A program made the translations under genes and the position numbers. A model generated the notes under the pieces. It saw only the letters and a program-made list of their open reading frames with translations, was not told the origin of the DNA and did not search any database. Below, piece by piece: positions 26,009 to 36,403 of a stretch of 64,000 nt of DNA. This DNA is from a virus (taxonomy: Duplodnaviria > Caudoviricetes): the IMG/VR virus record IMGVR_UViG_3300008255_000118, positions 1-64,000 of that record; one strand, written 5' to 3'. Numbering within the stretch: position 1 is the stretch's first letter; each line of letters starts with the position of its first letter.

Positions 26009-27906
26009 TTTATTATTGATATCTTATTCTCCTTCTCTACTGTTACTGTATTAAAAAGATTCTCTGAATGCTCCTTGAAGGTTACATGTGAAACTACACT
26101 TATTGTTTTCTTTAGAGTTTGTAGAGTCTTCATAATGTTGAACATTCCTAGTGAATCTACAGAATCAATGATTTCATCAAGAAAAGTAAACTCTAGTCCA
26201 CCTGTTGATGAACTCTCCTGTATAGAAGTATTGATTAGCTTCTGGATAGCGAATATAGCTGCTATCTCTACTCTAGCTCTTTCACCATTAGAAAAGGTAG
26301 AAAGAGAGGCATCTTCCCCGTCTCTATGTAGTGAAACTGAAATAGACTCCTTAATAGTATTATCTTTGTTCATCTTATAACCATCTATCTGAATTCTAAC
26401 ATCTGTTGACATTCTGCCTAGATACTCATTGATAAAACACTCAATCACTTTAATCACCTTATTCGATAGATGTGTCTTAAATCTTGTAAAAGTGACTATC
26501 CAATAAGAAGACTTCTCTACCTCTTCTTCTAGTTTTAGCTTCTCCTTCTCATATACAAGTTTCTTCTCCACCTCTTCATTACTCTTCTTCCTTAAATCTC
26601 TAATAATTGTAGAAATATCTACTTCTTGAACAGAATTAATCGACTTAGTCAAATCTGAAACTAAACTAGTACAGGTATCTATTCTTGTATTATTAGTTAA
26701 AATAATACCCTCTAATCTTACTATTTCATTACTAAGTCTGGACTTCTCTATAGACTTCTTATTTATTTCTGTTTTTAAGAGTATAAGTTTAGTTGATACT
26801 TGAGTTTCTTTAGCTTGTACTTGAGAAATGTCTTTCTCTAACTTTGATAAATAGCTAACAGCTACACTAATAGTATCCTTAATCTTTACCACATCAACAG
26901 TCTCTTTACTGTTAGGGTTAAACACTAGCTTACAACCAGGACACTCTACGGATGAAACAAGCTTCATCTCTAACTGTTTATGAATTATCTCTACCTCACC
27001 TTGAGTATTCTTCAACTTCTGTCTCTCTATCTCTAACTGTAAATCTTCAGCACTCAGATCTTGTTTCTTCTTCTCTAAACTCTCTATCTCTGTCTTTACT
27101 TCAGACAACTCTAAAGAAGTTTCAGTTTTCAAAAGTTCTGTACTTGCTATTATAGCTGAATAGCTTCTTGAAGACTCCTCTGTCTCGGCAATCTTCACTT
27201 GTATCATCTTCTTAAGCTCTTCAGCAGTTTCCGGGGTGTCTTCCTCTTTCTCTCTAATCAGTTCCTCATAGCTTTCAATTGTAGAGGTACAACCAATTAT
27301 TTGATCTTGCTTAGTTCTTGATTGTCTTTCAATTATAGTTCTAGCTGTCTTGATCTTCTCTATTACAATATCTATAATGTTACTATTTGAAAATCTCCCA
27401 ATGAGGCTTTTCTTTGCAGTATCAGATATTGAGAAAAAACTCTCAAACTTCTCAGATGAAATCAAATAATAGTTTAACAAATCTTCCCTTGTTATATCAA
27501 GTTTGTCTAAGATAAACTTATCACCATCTCTAACTGAAATAATCTCTTTCTGATGAACACCATTAATAGAAATCTTCAGTGTAGATGGTTTCGTATTAGA
27601 GAAAAAAGCTCTTTCTATTTCTAGATGCTCTTTAGTAATACTATTAAACATTTTTATGTGAATACTACATTCGACTTCCCCTCTTCTAACTAAATCCTTT
27701 GGGGTTGTACCTTTCCTTAGTGACAAATTAACAATACAAACTACAATTCCCTCTAAGATAGCACTCTTTCCTGAGCCATTATTCTCAAAGCCTTCATTTG
27801 ATAAGTTAACGCCTTGAATAATAGTAGCTTCTTGTTCTTTGAAGACTATTACCTGATCCTCATATGACATGAAGTTCTTTAAAGCTACTTCTTTAATTCT
27901 CCACAT
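26005..27906 (-). CDS. sbcC: SbcC/Rad50/gp46-like ATPase
   Basis: NGSGKS Walker A, long coiled coil with CPGC hook, FSNGERA signature, FLDEIIDSVD Walker B. Confidence 0.9.
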   Translation of the reverse strand: MWRIKEVALKNFMSYEDQVIVFKEQEATIIQGVNLSNEGFENNGSGKSAILEGIVVCIVNLSLRKGTTPKDLVRRGEVECSIHIKMFNSITKEHLEIERAFFSNTKPSTLKISINGVHQKEIISVRDGDKFILDKLDITREDLLNYYLISSEKFESFFSISDTAKKSLIGRFSNSNIIDIVIEKIKTARTIIERQSRTKQDQIIGCTSTIESYEELIREKEEDTPETAEELKKMIQVKIAETEESSRSYSAIIASTELLKTETSLELSEVKTEIESLEKKKQDLSAEDLQLEIERQKLKNTQGEVEIIHKQLEMKLVSSVECPGCKLVFNPNSKETVDVVKIKDTISVAVSYLSKLEKDISQVQAKETQVSTKLILLKTEINKKSIEKSRLSNEIVRLEGIILTNNTRIDTCTSLVSDLTKSINSVQEVDISTIIRDLRKKSNEEVEKKLVYEKEKLKLEEEVEKSSYWIVTFTRFKTHLSNKVIKVIECFINEYLGRMSTDVRIQIDGYKMNKDNTIKESISVSLHRDGEDASLSTFSNGERARVEIAAIFAIQKLINTSIQESSSTGGLEFTFLDEIIDSVDSLGMFNIMKTLQTLKKTISVVSHVTFKEHSENLFNTVTVEKENKISIIK

Positions 27907-28882
27907 TGCTTAAGTTTTTTATGATTTCACTCTCTAGTTCATCTGCTAGGTCTACATTCTCCATCAATAGTCTAACTACTTTATTCTCGCCTTGTCCTAG
28001 CTTAGTCTCCCCATAATTGAACCAGGAGCCTGCCTTATTTACAATTTTCAACTCTACTGACTTTCTTAGAATATCTCTCTCTCTTAAGATTCCCCTCCCA
28101 TATTCAATTAAGAAAGTTGCAATTTTGTGGGGAGAACCTACTTTGTTCTTCACTACTTTAACCTTAGTCTCAGTCCCAATTAAAATATCTGAACCACTAG
28201 AGCTATCAACAACCTTAACACCTCCTCTAATATCTAGTCTCTGAGATGCATAGAACTTAAGTGCATTCCCACCAGTTGTTGTTTCAGGGCTACCAAACAT
28301 TACACCAATTTTTTCTCTCAGCTGATTAATGAATATACAACAACATTCATTCTGACTTACAATCCCTGTAAGCTTCCTCATAGCTTGTGACATTAACTTT
28401 GCATGTTTACCAATACTTTGATCACCCATCTCACCATCTAATTCTGACTTAGGGACCATGGCAGCTACAGAGTCCACAATTGTTAAACTGACTTCTCCAG
28501 TTCGAATTAATCTATCTAAAATCTCTAATCCCTCTTCAGCTGTTGTTGGCTGTACAAATATAAGTTCTTCCAAATCTATCCCAAGTGCTTGAGCATACTC
28601 TCTATCAAAAGAGTGTTCAAAATCTATGAAGGCGGCAATGCCTCCATTTTTTTGTTCATTTGCTATTGCATGTAAAGTAAGTGTAGTCTTCCCTGAAGAT
28701 TCAGGGCCATAAATTTCTACAATTCTTCCCTTTGCATAGCCTCCATTCAAAGCAATATCTAAGTCTATACTGCCTGACTTAATTCTTGGCCCTACACTAG
28801 GCACGCTCTCTCCTCTAAGTATAGTCCCTTCGCCATACGTCTTATTCAGCTGGCTAATTGCATCTGTTAAATTCTTTCCCAT
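27893..28882 (-). CDS. recA: recombinase RecA
   Basis: GRIVEIYGPESSGKTTL, IVDSVAAMVP, INQLREKIGVMFGSPETTTGGNALKFYAS. Confidence 0.97.
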   Translation of the reverse strand: MGKNLTDAISQLNKTYGEGTILRGESVPSVGPRIKSGSIDLDIALNGGYAKGRIVEIYGPESSGKTTLTLHAIANEQKNGGIAAFIDFEHSFDREYAQALGIDLEELIFVQPTTAEEGLEILDRLIRTGEVSLTIVDSVAAMVPKSELDGEMGDQSIGKHAKLMSQAMRKLTGIVSQNECCCIFINQLREKIGVMFGSPETTTGGNALKFYASQRLDIRGGVKVVDSSSGSDILIGTETKVKVVKNKVGSPHKIATFLIEYGRGILRERDILRKSVELKIVNKAGSWFNYGETKLGQGENKVVRLLMENVDLADELESEIIKNLSNVEN

Positions 28883-28883
28883 T

Positions 28884-29918
28884 CTACTCTAATAATAGCT
28901 TTAACGTTTCTCTACCCTTTTCTTTATCTATACTATTCAACTCTGAAAACTCATCCCACTCTGTAAAGAGATTATCTTTTGTAAATGGTGTGAAAGATTC
29001 TGCTAATTCTAGTTCGACCTTATCTACTGATATATAGTCACTCTTCATTACAAAGCCACTATTATCTAAAATTCTCATTACTTGAAGTTTCTTTAGAGAG
29101 TCTAGTTCTTCTTTTGTACCATTCAGTATTACTCTTACTTTGAGGTGCTTAGACAGTTCAATCTTAGATAGCTTCTCCAGATCATCAGCAATAGTATCTG
29201 AATAATTCAACTTCACAGTCTCATATACTTGAAACTCTTTATCTACAAACTCATATGAACCATCATTAAAAATCTTAGTAAATCCCTTATACTGGTCTTC
29301 TCCAAAGTTTCTTTGCATTATTGACCCTATATAAACAATATTGTCAATAATCTGTCTATCATGGTAATGACCCACATATACTTGCTTGAACTGACTAAAC
29401 TTTTCTTTCGATAAAGACTCCTGTATCTCAGTCCCATCATTATTTCTAACCCCATTAACTGCTATGTGTGTAATTAGAATACTATCACAACTAGACTGAA
29501 CAACTCTACCCAAATATTTAGAATAAGTCTCTTTTTCCTCAAAGAAAGGAATAAGCCATACATTTAAGTTATCAAATGTCAAAACTTCTGTCTCTCTGAC
29601 TAATCTAAAGTGTGGGTGATATCTAAAGACATCAAGATAACTCTTCTCACTGGAATAACTCATCTTATCATGATTCCCAGGGATAACTATTATCTGAATG
29701 TCATACTTTTCTGCCATCTCTAGTATCTGCCCCCAATAGTCAATTGTTATTAGAGTTTGAGACTTTCTAAAGTTAAAGATATCACCACTGATAACAAGAG
29801 TAGAGATAGAGTTAGCAACCATCTCCTTAAAAATTGACTCTAAAGATTCTGTTACTAACTCTCCACTATTATCATCAATATGAAGGTCTGTTACTAAGTA
29901 AAATAAAACTTTCTTCAT
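28884..29918 (-). CDS. sbcD: SbcD/Mre11/gp47-like nuclease
   Basis: TDLH, SGDIF, PGNHD, THIA, GHYH, YIGS metallophosphoesterase motifs. Confidence 0.9.
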   Translation of the reverse strand: MKKVLFYLVTDLHIDDNSGELVTESLESIFKEMVANSISTLVISGDIFNFRKSQTLITIDYWGQILEMAEKYDIQIIVIPGNHDKMSYSSEKSYLDVFRYHPHFRLVRETEVLTFDNLNVWLIPFFEEKETYSKYLGRVVQSSCDSILITHIAVNGVRNNDGTEIQESLSKEKFSQFKQVYVGHYHDRQIIDNIVYIGSIMQRNFGEDQYKGFTKIFNDGSYEFVDKEFQVYETVKLNYSDTIADDLEKLSKIELSKHLKVRVILNGTKEELDSLKKLQVMRILDNSGFVMKSDYISVDKVELELAESFTPFTKDNLFTEWDEFSELNSIDKEKGRETLKLLLE

Positions 29919-29929
29919 ATCAAAAAGAA

Positions 29930-31156
29930 CTACCCTACTTGTTTCTTTAAAAATTCTAAAGGGTTATCAGGTATAGACTCTTCTCTAGTCTGCTCTTTCA
30001 AGTCTCTATCATCTTCTTCCTTAAATGGAAGAGTACCCATCAATTTAACTTCTCTTTGTACTAAAGAACGAATCTCTTCAACTGTATCTTCTGGCAGTAC
30101 TCGAATAGGGAAGCCTTGTACTTTGATATGTTGAATCAACTCTGCTCTATTCATATCACTTACATACTTTTTCTTAGCTGTTATCTCTGTAGATTCAGCT
30201 TTTTTTTCAACACCTACCCTTATTGATTCAAGAGACTTCTCTTTAGCAGGAGAAGACTCTCCAACTATTTTAGTACTACTTTCTGTAGCTTCTTTAATTT
30301 GCTCTTCTTCAGGATAAAGATCGCTATACTGCTCTACTATTTCAGCCCAATGGTCTGTAGAGAAGATATTGTAGTCTTCTTCAGCTTCATCAAATCTCTT
30401 AAGACCCTCTAAAGCTAATAAGAAATCAGATCTTCTATAACAATTAGTATAGATATCCTCTAGTGACTTAGCTTTTTCTAAGATATCCAATTCAGCATCA
30501 GTAAGTTTAGTTGGTCCCATAATATCAGGCCCTGTCTTATAGTAGTCTTCAGCCTTTCCACTAACGGGCTTATTATCATAGGTCACATAAATACAAATGC
30601 CTGTATCAGGGTCTGTATAGGGATCTGTGGTAATCATAGATGAACCATCATCCATGTTAGAGGCTAGAGCATTCATGGCATTCTTTACTGAAGTCTTTAG
30701 TTCTAGAATGCCAAACTTCTTACTGGTACCCTTAATCAAGTTTGCATATACTACCCATGTTCTAGACATCCCGATACCTGACTTGAAGGCTGTAAGTCTT
30801 CCAACAAACTCTTCTCTCTGTTTCTTATCAGTAATACTTTTACTTAGTAGCCAAACTTGACTGATGTACTCATCAATAATACACTTCTTGTGTTCTGAGT
30901 GATATAAGCCACTCCATACTGGCTTATTTTTAACTACTTTCTTACCGTCTTCCTCTACTTGAATTGGTAAAAAGTGTACTCCCTTTGGGTAGATAAAACT
31001 AGCTGTACCAGGGTGTTTTGGGAAGATTCTAATTTTGTTCTTTCCTACCTCTAGACTAAGATAAGAGCCTTCACTATCAAAGACTGCATCAAATTCTTTT
31101 TGCTGATTATTCAAATCAGACATGGCTGTCGCCTTAAACTGTTCTCTTAAACTCAT
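29930..31156 (-). CDS. single-stranded DNA-binding protein (gp32-like)
   Basis: NKIRIFP, DP.TG..I.V, acidic C-terminal tail; position in recombination block. Confidence 0.6.
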   Translation of the reverse strand: MSLREQFKATAMSDLNNQQKEFDAVFDSEGSYLSLEVGKNKIRIFPKHPGTASFIYPKGVHFLPIQVEEDGKKVVKNKPVWSGLYHSEHKKCIIDEYISQVWLLSKSITDKKQREEFVGRLTAFKSGIGMSRTWVVYANLIKGTSKKFGILELKTSVKNAMNALASNMDDGSSMITTDPYTDPDTGICIYVTYDNKPVSGKAEDYYKTGPDIMGPTKLTDAELDILEKAKSLEDIYTNCYRRSDFLLALEGLKRFDEAEEDYNIFSTDHWAEIVEQYSDLYPEEEQIKEATESSTKIVGESSPAKEKSLESIRVGVEKKAESTEITAKKKYVSDMNRAELIQHIKVQGFPIRVLPEDTVEEIRSLVQREVKLMGTLPFKEEDDRDLKEQTREESIPDNPLEFLKKQVG

Positions 31157-31162
31157 CTCTCT

Positions 31163-31717
31163 TTAGATTAAATTTTGTTTCACCTTGATTAATATATCAT
31201 TGAACTTCTGATTGACTAAGTCTTTCTGCATATCCTCAGGTGTCAAAGTATGTGAAAGATTATTCAATTTTGTCTCCTTAGCCTTTACTGACCAGTAGAA
31301 TGAATCTAGATAGTCAGCCTCTTTTCTAAGCCTAAGTAGTTTTTTTCTCATTAAGCTACCTATGGGATCTCTAACAATAGCTTGTAAAATAGCATCTCCT
31401 GAAGGGTACTTCTTTTGTGTTTTCCCCGAAGAGTTTATTATGTCACAAACTAGGTCCTTAGAGTAGTATTCATACAGTTGAGCCTCTTTTATCTCAACCT
31501 CCAACTTATAACAACTAAATGTGTTATCTGCCTCTGCCTTCCACAACCCTACTCTATTCATCAATGCTGGTATGGTAATAATTTCAGCAAACAGATTGTG
31601 ATAATCAATAGCCATAATTTCATCAACATTAATCTCTGTTGTAAAGTCAGGGAAAACTAATACTATTTGTTTACCCTTAAAGTCAAAGCTTAGTTTTAAT
31701 TGCTCCTCTTGTTCCAT
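31163..31717 (-). CDS. UvsY-like recombination mediator candidate
   Basis: Helical 184 aa protein next to SSB and RecA; pattern resembles UvsY; weak. Confidence 0.45.
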   Translation of the reverse strand: MEQEEQLKLSFDFKGKQIVLVFPDFTTEINVDEIMAIDYHNLFAEIITIPALMNRVGLWKAEADNTFSCYKLEVEIKEAQLYEYYSKDLVCDIINSSGKTQKKYPSGDAILQAIVRDPIGSLMRKKLLRLRKEADYLDSFYWSVKAKETKLNNLSHTLTPEDMQKDLVNQKFNDILIKVKQNLI

Positions 31718-31739
31718 TTATTACTTTGTAATTAATCCC

Positions 31740-31770
31740 TAAAACTAAGTATAATTTTTATACTATCCAA
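31740..31770 (-). promoter_or_regulatory. promoter with embedded palindrome (copy 4)
   Basis: taaaactaagtataatttttatacta; palindrome has one mismatch; -33 element is TTGG. Confidence 0.7.
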
Positions 31771-31787
31771 CTTTTTTATTATTTATT

Positions 31788-34700
31788 TTATATTATCTCT
31801 GTAAAGCCTTCTACTAAAAACTCATTACTACCAAAAAATTCATTGAGATACAGCTTCCCTCTTAGTATCACCAGTGCACCATCTTTAAACTTTGTCATGT
31901 CCCCTTTACCCATTGCCTCTGACCACATTCTAAATGCAATAGTAGATGAGCCTTGTTGTAGAAATCCAATACAGTAACTCTTATTTGTCTTAGTCAATTT
32001 TATCTGTACATCTACTAGTATACCTGGCAATACAAACTTCTTACCACTCTTAGTTACTTCCTTTGAAAAATCCTCCTCTAATAGAACTTCTCCCTTTATC
32101 TTAAAGTCCTCTACTAGTCGACTATAGTTAAGAAGGTTGATCTTACTAATGTCACTCTGCTTAAGAACCCAATAGTAGTCATTCTCTCTATTATTTACAT
32201 ACTCTGATGGTAGATACTGCCATTGTATTTCATCTAACTTATGTTGTAGAGAGTATAAGTCATTCCTATACTTCTCTTTAATCTCTACCACTAGCTTCTT
32301 ATCTTCTTTCTTAAGCCTAAAATCATCTCTAATGGTAAACATATACTTCTCTATCAATCTGAATCTCTCTCTAGGCTTTTTGATACTTTCAATCTCATCA
32401 AAACAACCAGAAACAATACAGTTAATCATAGAGGTTTTCTTTACTCCACTACCAACTCTTTCACAAAATTCTTCAAAGCTAAAAAATCTGCCACTTCTCT
32501 CTCTCTCTAATAGTACTGCATCCACAGCGGCTGGTCCCATATAAGCTATCTGTGTTAAGTTCCAGTAAATTGTCTGTTTCTCCACTGATGAAAAGAATTG
32601 TTTTTCTGACAAGTTAATATCTGGTGCCTTTACTTGTATTCTCCCTGAACTATTTATTTCAGAAACCATCATTGATATCTTATCTGTTTTAGCAAACTCT
32701 AATGCTACAGTCCAGAACTCTAAAGGGTAATAGAACTTTAACCAATTACACTGATACCCAATAATGGAATAAGCTGCAGCATGACTATTACAAGTTACTA
32801 CTCCCTCCTGTGTAGTAAAAGTGTGACTGGGACTATCCATTTCTACATCATACACATCCTCTCTCTCTATACTCTCAATACTCTTTATCTTAACAAGTCT
32901 AGTCCCAAGTCCCTTTTCACTAGATCTGTCTTTATCTGTGAATCTATATACAGTATCTTCCGATCTATAACCTGTATTTACAAATAAACAATCATCTAAA
33001 GTTAGATCTCTAAGTATCACTTCTCCTCTTTGTGTAGGATATTTATGATTATCTGTTGTACGAATAGTCTTCCCATCTTCAAGTGTAATTTTGAAAACTT
33101 CTCTAACTCCCTCATATCTAATATCTATGATCTTATTCTTTATAAGTACATTTTCCTTATTTAAAGAAAACCCTGTACCATAACCTCTATAGTTATAAGA
33201 CTCATGTAGTGATAGTCTACTTATTAGCTTCGCATATTTCTTATCATTCTTAATCTTATACATTTCTGCAATTGTTGGGTTAAAGGCACTACTGCCTGAG
33301 TAGTTCAAACCAACTCTATATATGCCTTCAGTACCTGAGATACATTTATTAAACCCATAAGAAGAAAACACCTCCATCTTATTCCATATCTCTACAGCTC
33401 TAGACTCTTCACAGTTATTCTTTTCTGCTCCGATTAGAAATATCTGTCTATATTCCTCCATCTTAGACTTTATCATTTTACCCATTGCTTTTCTAACACC
33501 ATCAGCTTCTACTAGGGTAAAGTTCCCTAATACTTGAGCTATCTTCATTATCTGCTCCTGATAGATATAGAGGCCATAGGTATTTGCTGTTAACTCCTGT
33601 AGTGATGGGTGATCATATACTATCTCTTCAATACCTCTTCTTAAATCAATATATCTCATATGTGTACCTGAAGCCATAACACCTGGCCTATATAGTGAAA
33701 TAGTAGCTACTAAGTCTTCTATGTGAAATGGTTGTACCAACTTTAGATAACCTGTTAACCCTTTTGTGCCAAAGTGGAACACATCTTGATTCAAACCTCT
33801 TCTAAATAAGTCAAATATACTATCATCATCTAAGGGGATATCATCAACACTGATTCTCTTACCTGTATTCTTTTCAACTAAATCAATTATGTGGCCAAAC
33901 TTAGCCATTTGTATTGTTGAAAGAATATCTACTTTCAAATAACCAATATCTGCCAATAAACCACCCTCCCACTCACTTACTAAAATATCTCCATCCATTC
34001 TTACAGGGATCTGTTTAAATAAATCTATCTGTCTCCCACTTTCATCTATTAATTTGGGAACGACAATCGTTGCACAGGCATGTATTGACATACTCTTGAT
34101 AGAGTTAATAACATACTTACAGTCTCTCACAATCTCCATATTATTCTCTACATAAAGTCGTAGTCTCTTATTAGTCATAGATTCATAGATAAGAGTTTTC
34201 CAAGTGGAGTTATCCCCCTCTAAGGTCTTTGTTACCTTATCAGCTGTTATCTCTGTTGTATTCCCATAATATCTCTCTAGTTCTTGTATTGCTCCCTTTA
34301 GCTGTAGGGTATTATATGTACCAACTCTACAAACATACTGTTGCCCATACTTGTTCTTCATATAGTCAATCACCTCATCTCTTCTATCTGAAGCAAAGTC
34401 AATATCAATATCTGGGAACTCTGACTTTATCCTGGATTCATTTAAAAATCTTTCAAAGAGTAAGTCAAAATCAAGAGGGTCAATAGCAGTTATTCCTAAT
34501 AGATAAGAAACTAGACTACCAGCTGCTGAACCACGACCAGGTCCTACTTGTATATGTTGTTCTCTACACCAATTACAAATGTCCCACAATATTAGAAAGT
34601 AGTCAATAAACCCTTGTTTAATAATATTCAATTCTCTAACTAATCTATCCCAGTGTTGTTTCTTATCTGTAGATATCTTTTTGTTAAACTTCTCTATAAG

Positions 34701-35876
34701 AAGTGCTATAAAGAGCTCATTATTAGTAGAGTACTTTAGTCTCTCTTGTTCACTCATCTCATAGCTAGGCAAGAATTTCTTAGTATCATCTATTACATAG
34801 TCACATATCTCAGAAACATAACTTAAACTCTCTATACCCCTCTTTAGTAAACTTTCATATCTAGAACTCCCAAATAGATGAATTAGTTTCATCATTAGCT
34901 CTTGTGAAGAATGAAAGTAGTGTCCTCTAGTACTGTTTTGAAAGTCCCCACCCCCTTGTTTTACCAAAATATCTTTTAAGTGGGTATGTTCAGAGTCTAA
35001 ACAGTAAGTATCGTGTATTAGTATCGGTGGTAAACTTTGCTGCCAACCTTCATTATTTAGATATTCTTGTAGACTCTCTAGATATTCTTTGTCTTTTAAA
35101 TTAGAACTATATTCTTTATCGCTTACTTGTAGAAAACAATTCTCAAAATGTGAAAGAAGAAAGTTTATAAATTCATCTGTTAGAGATAAGCCTGGCTCTG
35201 TAACACAAACTAGCCCCTTGAAATCTTGATTTATTGACTCAATCTCTATATAAGAGTACTCTCCCGTATGTAGCAACTTGTTTAAGAGTAGTAGATTTGA
35301 CCACCCTACTTGATTCTTAACATACAACTTTAAGTCTACTCTACTCCCATTCCCTGTCTCCACAGGTAAGGAGTACCCCGAAACAGGTCTAATTCCCTTT
35401 TTCTTACAAGCCTTTTGAAACTGTAGAATACCTCCAAGTGTACCCTTTTCACAAATCCCTAGAGTCTTGTACCCTAAAAACTTAGCTTTTTCTACCCAGT
35501 CAGGATACTCTCCAACGCCACACATTCTCTCATACCTGCCATGTATGCCTAAATAAGAATCAAAATACACCTGTTGTGAACAAGTTCCAATATACTTTAA
35601 CTCTTCTAGATCTACATGTGCTAAAGAGTCTGCTCTGGTATAAAGATACCAAGGGCCAAGTTTAAAGATAATCCCATATAAACTGTCTAAGGACTCTAAA
35701 ACTATATCCAACAATTCACTGTTGAATACTAATGACAACTCTCCATTATCATTTAATACGGGTTTTTCAACATCATGAAAGTAAAATAGTTTACCGTCTA
35801 TGTCAATCAGTCTCCCTTCTTCTTTATATCTGAAAAGATTTGTATGAAGGTATCTTTTTAGGCTCTGGTCTATCAT
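31788..35876 (-). CDS. dnaE: DNA polymerase III alpha subunit (family C) with intein
   Basis: PHP-like N-terminus, GPGRGSAAGSLVSYLLGIT, FERFLN, PDIDIDF, YGFNK/SHAAAY split by an intein. Confidence 0.95.
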   Translation of the reverse strand: MIDQSLKRYLHTNLFRYKEEGRLIDIDGKLFYFHDVEKPVLNDNGELSLVFNSELLDIVLESLDSLYGIIFKLGPWYLYTRADSLAHVDLEELKYIGTCSQQVYFDSYLGIHGRYERMCGVGEYPDWVEKAKFLGYKTLGICEKGTLGGILQFQKACKKKGIRPVSGYSLPVETGNGSRVDLKLYVKNQVGWSNLLLLNKLLHTGEYSYIEIESINQDFKGLVCVTEPGLSLTDEFINFLLSHFENCFLQVSDKEYSSNLKDKEYLESLQEYLNNEGWQQSLPPILIHDTYCLDSEHTHLKDILVKQGGGDFQNSTRGHYFHSSQELMMKLIHLFGSSRYESLLKRGIESLSYVSEICDYVIDDTKKFLPSYEMSEQERLKYSTNNELFIALLIEKFNKKISTDKKQHWDRLVRELNIIKQGFIDYFLILWDICNWCREQHIQVGPGRGSAAGSLVSYLLGITAIDPLDFDLLFERFLNESRIKSEFPDIDIDFASDRRDEVIDYMKNKYGQQYVCRVGTYNTLQLKGAIQELERYYGNTTEITADKVTKTLEGDNSTWKTLIYESMTNKRLRLYVENNMEIVRDCKYVINSIKSMSIHACATIVVPKLIDESGRQIDLFKQIPVRMDGDILVSEWEGGLLADIGYLKVDILSTIQMAKFGHIIDLVEKNTGKRISVDDIPLDDDSIFDLFRRGLNQDVFHFGTKGLTGYLKLVQPFHIEDLVATISLYRPGVMASGTHMRYIDLRRGIEEIVYDHPSLQELTANTYGLYIYQEQIMKIAQVLGNFTLVEADGVRKAMGKMIKSKMEEYRQIFLIGAEKNNCEESRAVEIWNKMEVFSSYGFNKCISGTEGIYRVGLNYSGSSAFNPTIAEMYKIKNDKKYAKLISRLSLHESYNYRGYGTGFSLNKENVLIKNKIIDIRYEGVREVFKITLEDGKTIRTTDNHKYPTQRGEVILRDLTLDDCLFVNTGYRSEDTVYRFTDKDRSSEKGLGTRLVKIKSIESIEREDVYDVEMDSPSHTFTTQEGVVTCNSHAAAYSIIGYQCNWLKFYYPLEFWTVALEFAKTDKISMMVSEINSSGRIQVKAPDINLSEKQFFSSVEKQTIYWNLTQIAYMGPAAVDAVLLERERSGRFFSFEEFCERVGSGVKKTSMINCIVSGCFDEIESIKKPRERFRLIEKYMFTIRDDFRLKKEDKKLVVEIKEKYRNDLYSLQHKLDEIQWQYLPSEYVNNRENDYYWVLKQSDISKINLLNYSRLVEDFKIKGEVLLEEDFSKEVTKSGKKFVLPGILVDVQIKLTKTNKSYCIGFLQQGSSTIAFRMWSEAMGKGDMTKFKDGALVILRGKLYLNEFFGSNEFLVEGFTEII
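32787..33344 (-). mobile_element. mini-intein in DnaE (186 aa, no endonuclease domain)
   Basis: GFNK|CISG...TTDNH (block B)...VYDVEM...VVTCN|SHA. Confidence 0.9.
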
Positions 35877-36078
35877 CTCTATTCTTTCTACTCTTTGGCA
35901 AGTCTATGTATACATAGACTTCATTTTCTACTATAAATTCTCTAAGTTTACAGAAGATATTATCACTATACTCTTTACTCCAATTATCAAACCAAGAGGA
36001 ATACACTTTATAGAATTCACTCTTTGTCATTATACAACAGTCTAAAAATAACTGTTTATCACTTATGATTAAGCTCAT
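35824..36078 (-). CDS. hypothetical protein
   Basis: 84 aa ORF between folE and dnaE. Confidence 0.5.
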   Translation of the reverse strand: MSLIISDKQLFLDCCIMTKSEFYKVYSSWFDNWSKEYSDNIFCKLREFIVENEVYVYIDLPKSRKNRDDRPEPKKIPSYKSFQI

Positions 36079-36388
36079 CTATACACAGATTAGTAAACTT
36101 TATTAACTGTCTGTTTAGAAGAAGTGAGGTTTTATAGAAATAAGACTTGGTCTCTCTTCTCCTACCAAATCTGTAAATAATAGCATACTCATCTCTATCT
36201 ACTTTAATATTTCTGACATTGATTGATCTCTTTTCTATTGAGAATCTTAGATTTTGAAAAAGGAAACAGTCATGACTAATTCTTACAGCCCTTTTAGGGC
36301 CTCTTTCTAGTCTAGTATCATCTACTAAGTCTTCTAAGCTGGTTCTAATTATCTCACAAAATTGTGAGACATCTACTTGTTTTTTCAT
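36059..36388 (-). CDS. hypothetical protein
   Basis: 109 aa ORF directly downstream of folE. Confidence 0.55.
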   Translation of the reverse strand: MKKQVDVSQFCEIIRTSLEDLVDDTRLERGPKRAVRISHDCFLFQNLRFSIEKRSINVRNIKVDRDEYAIIYRFGRRRETKSYFYKTSLLLNRQLIKFTNLCIDELNHK

Positions 36389-36403
36389 AAGGGAAAGCTG
36401 TCT

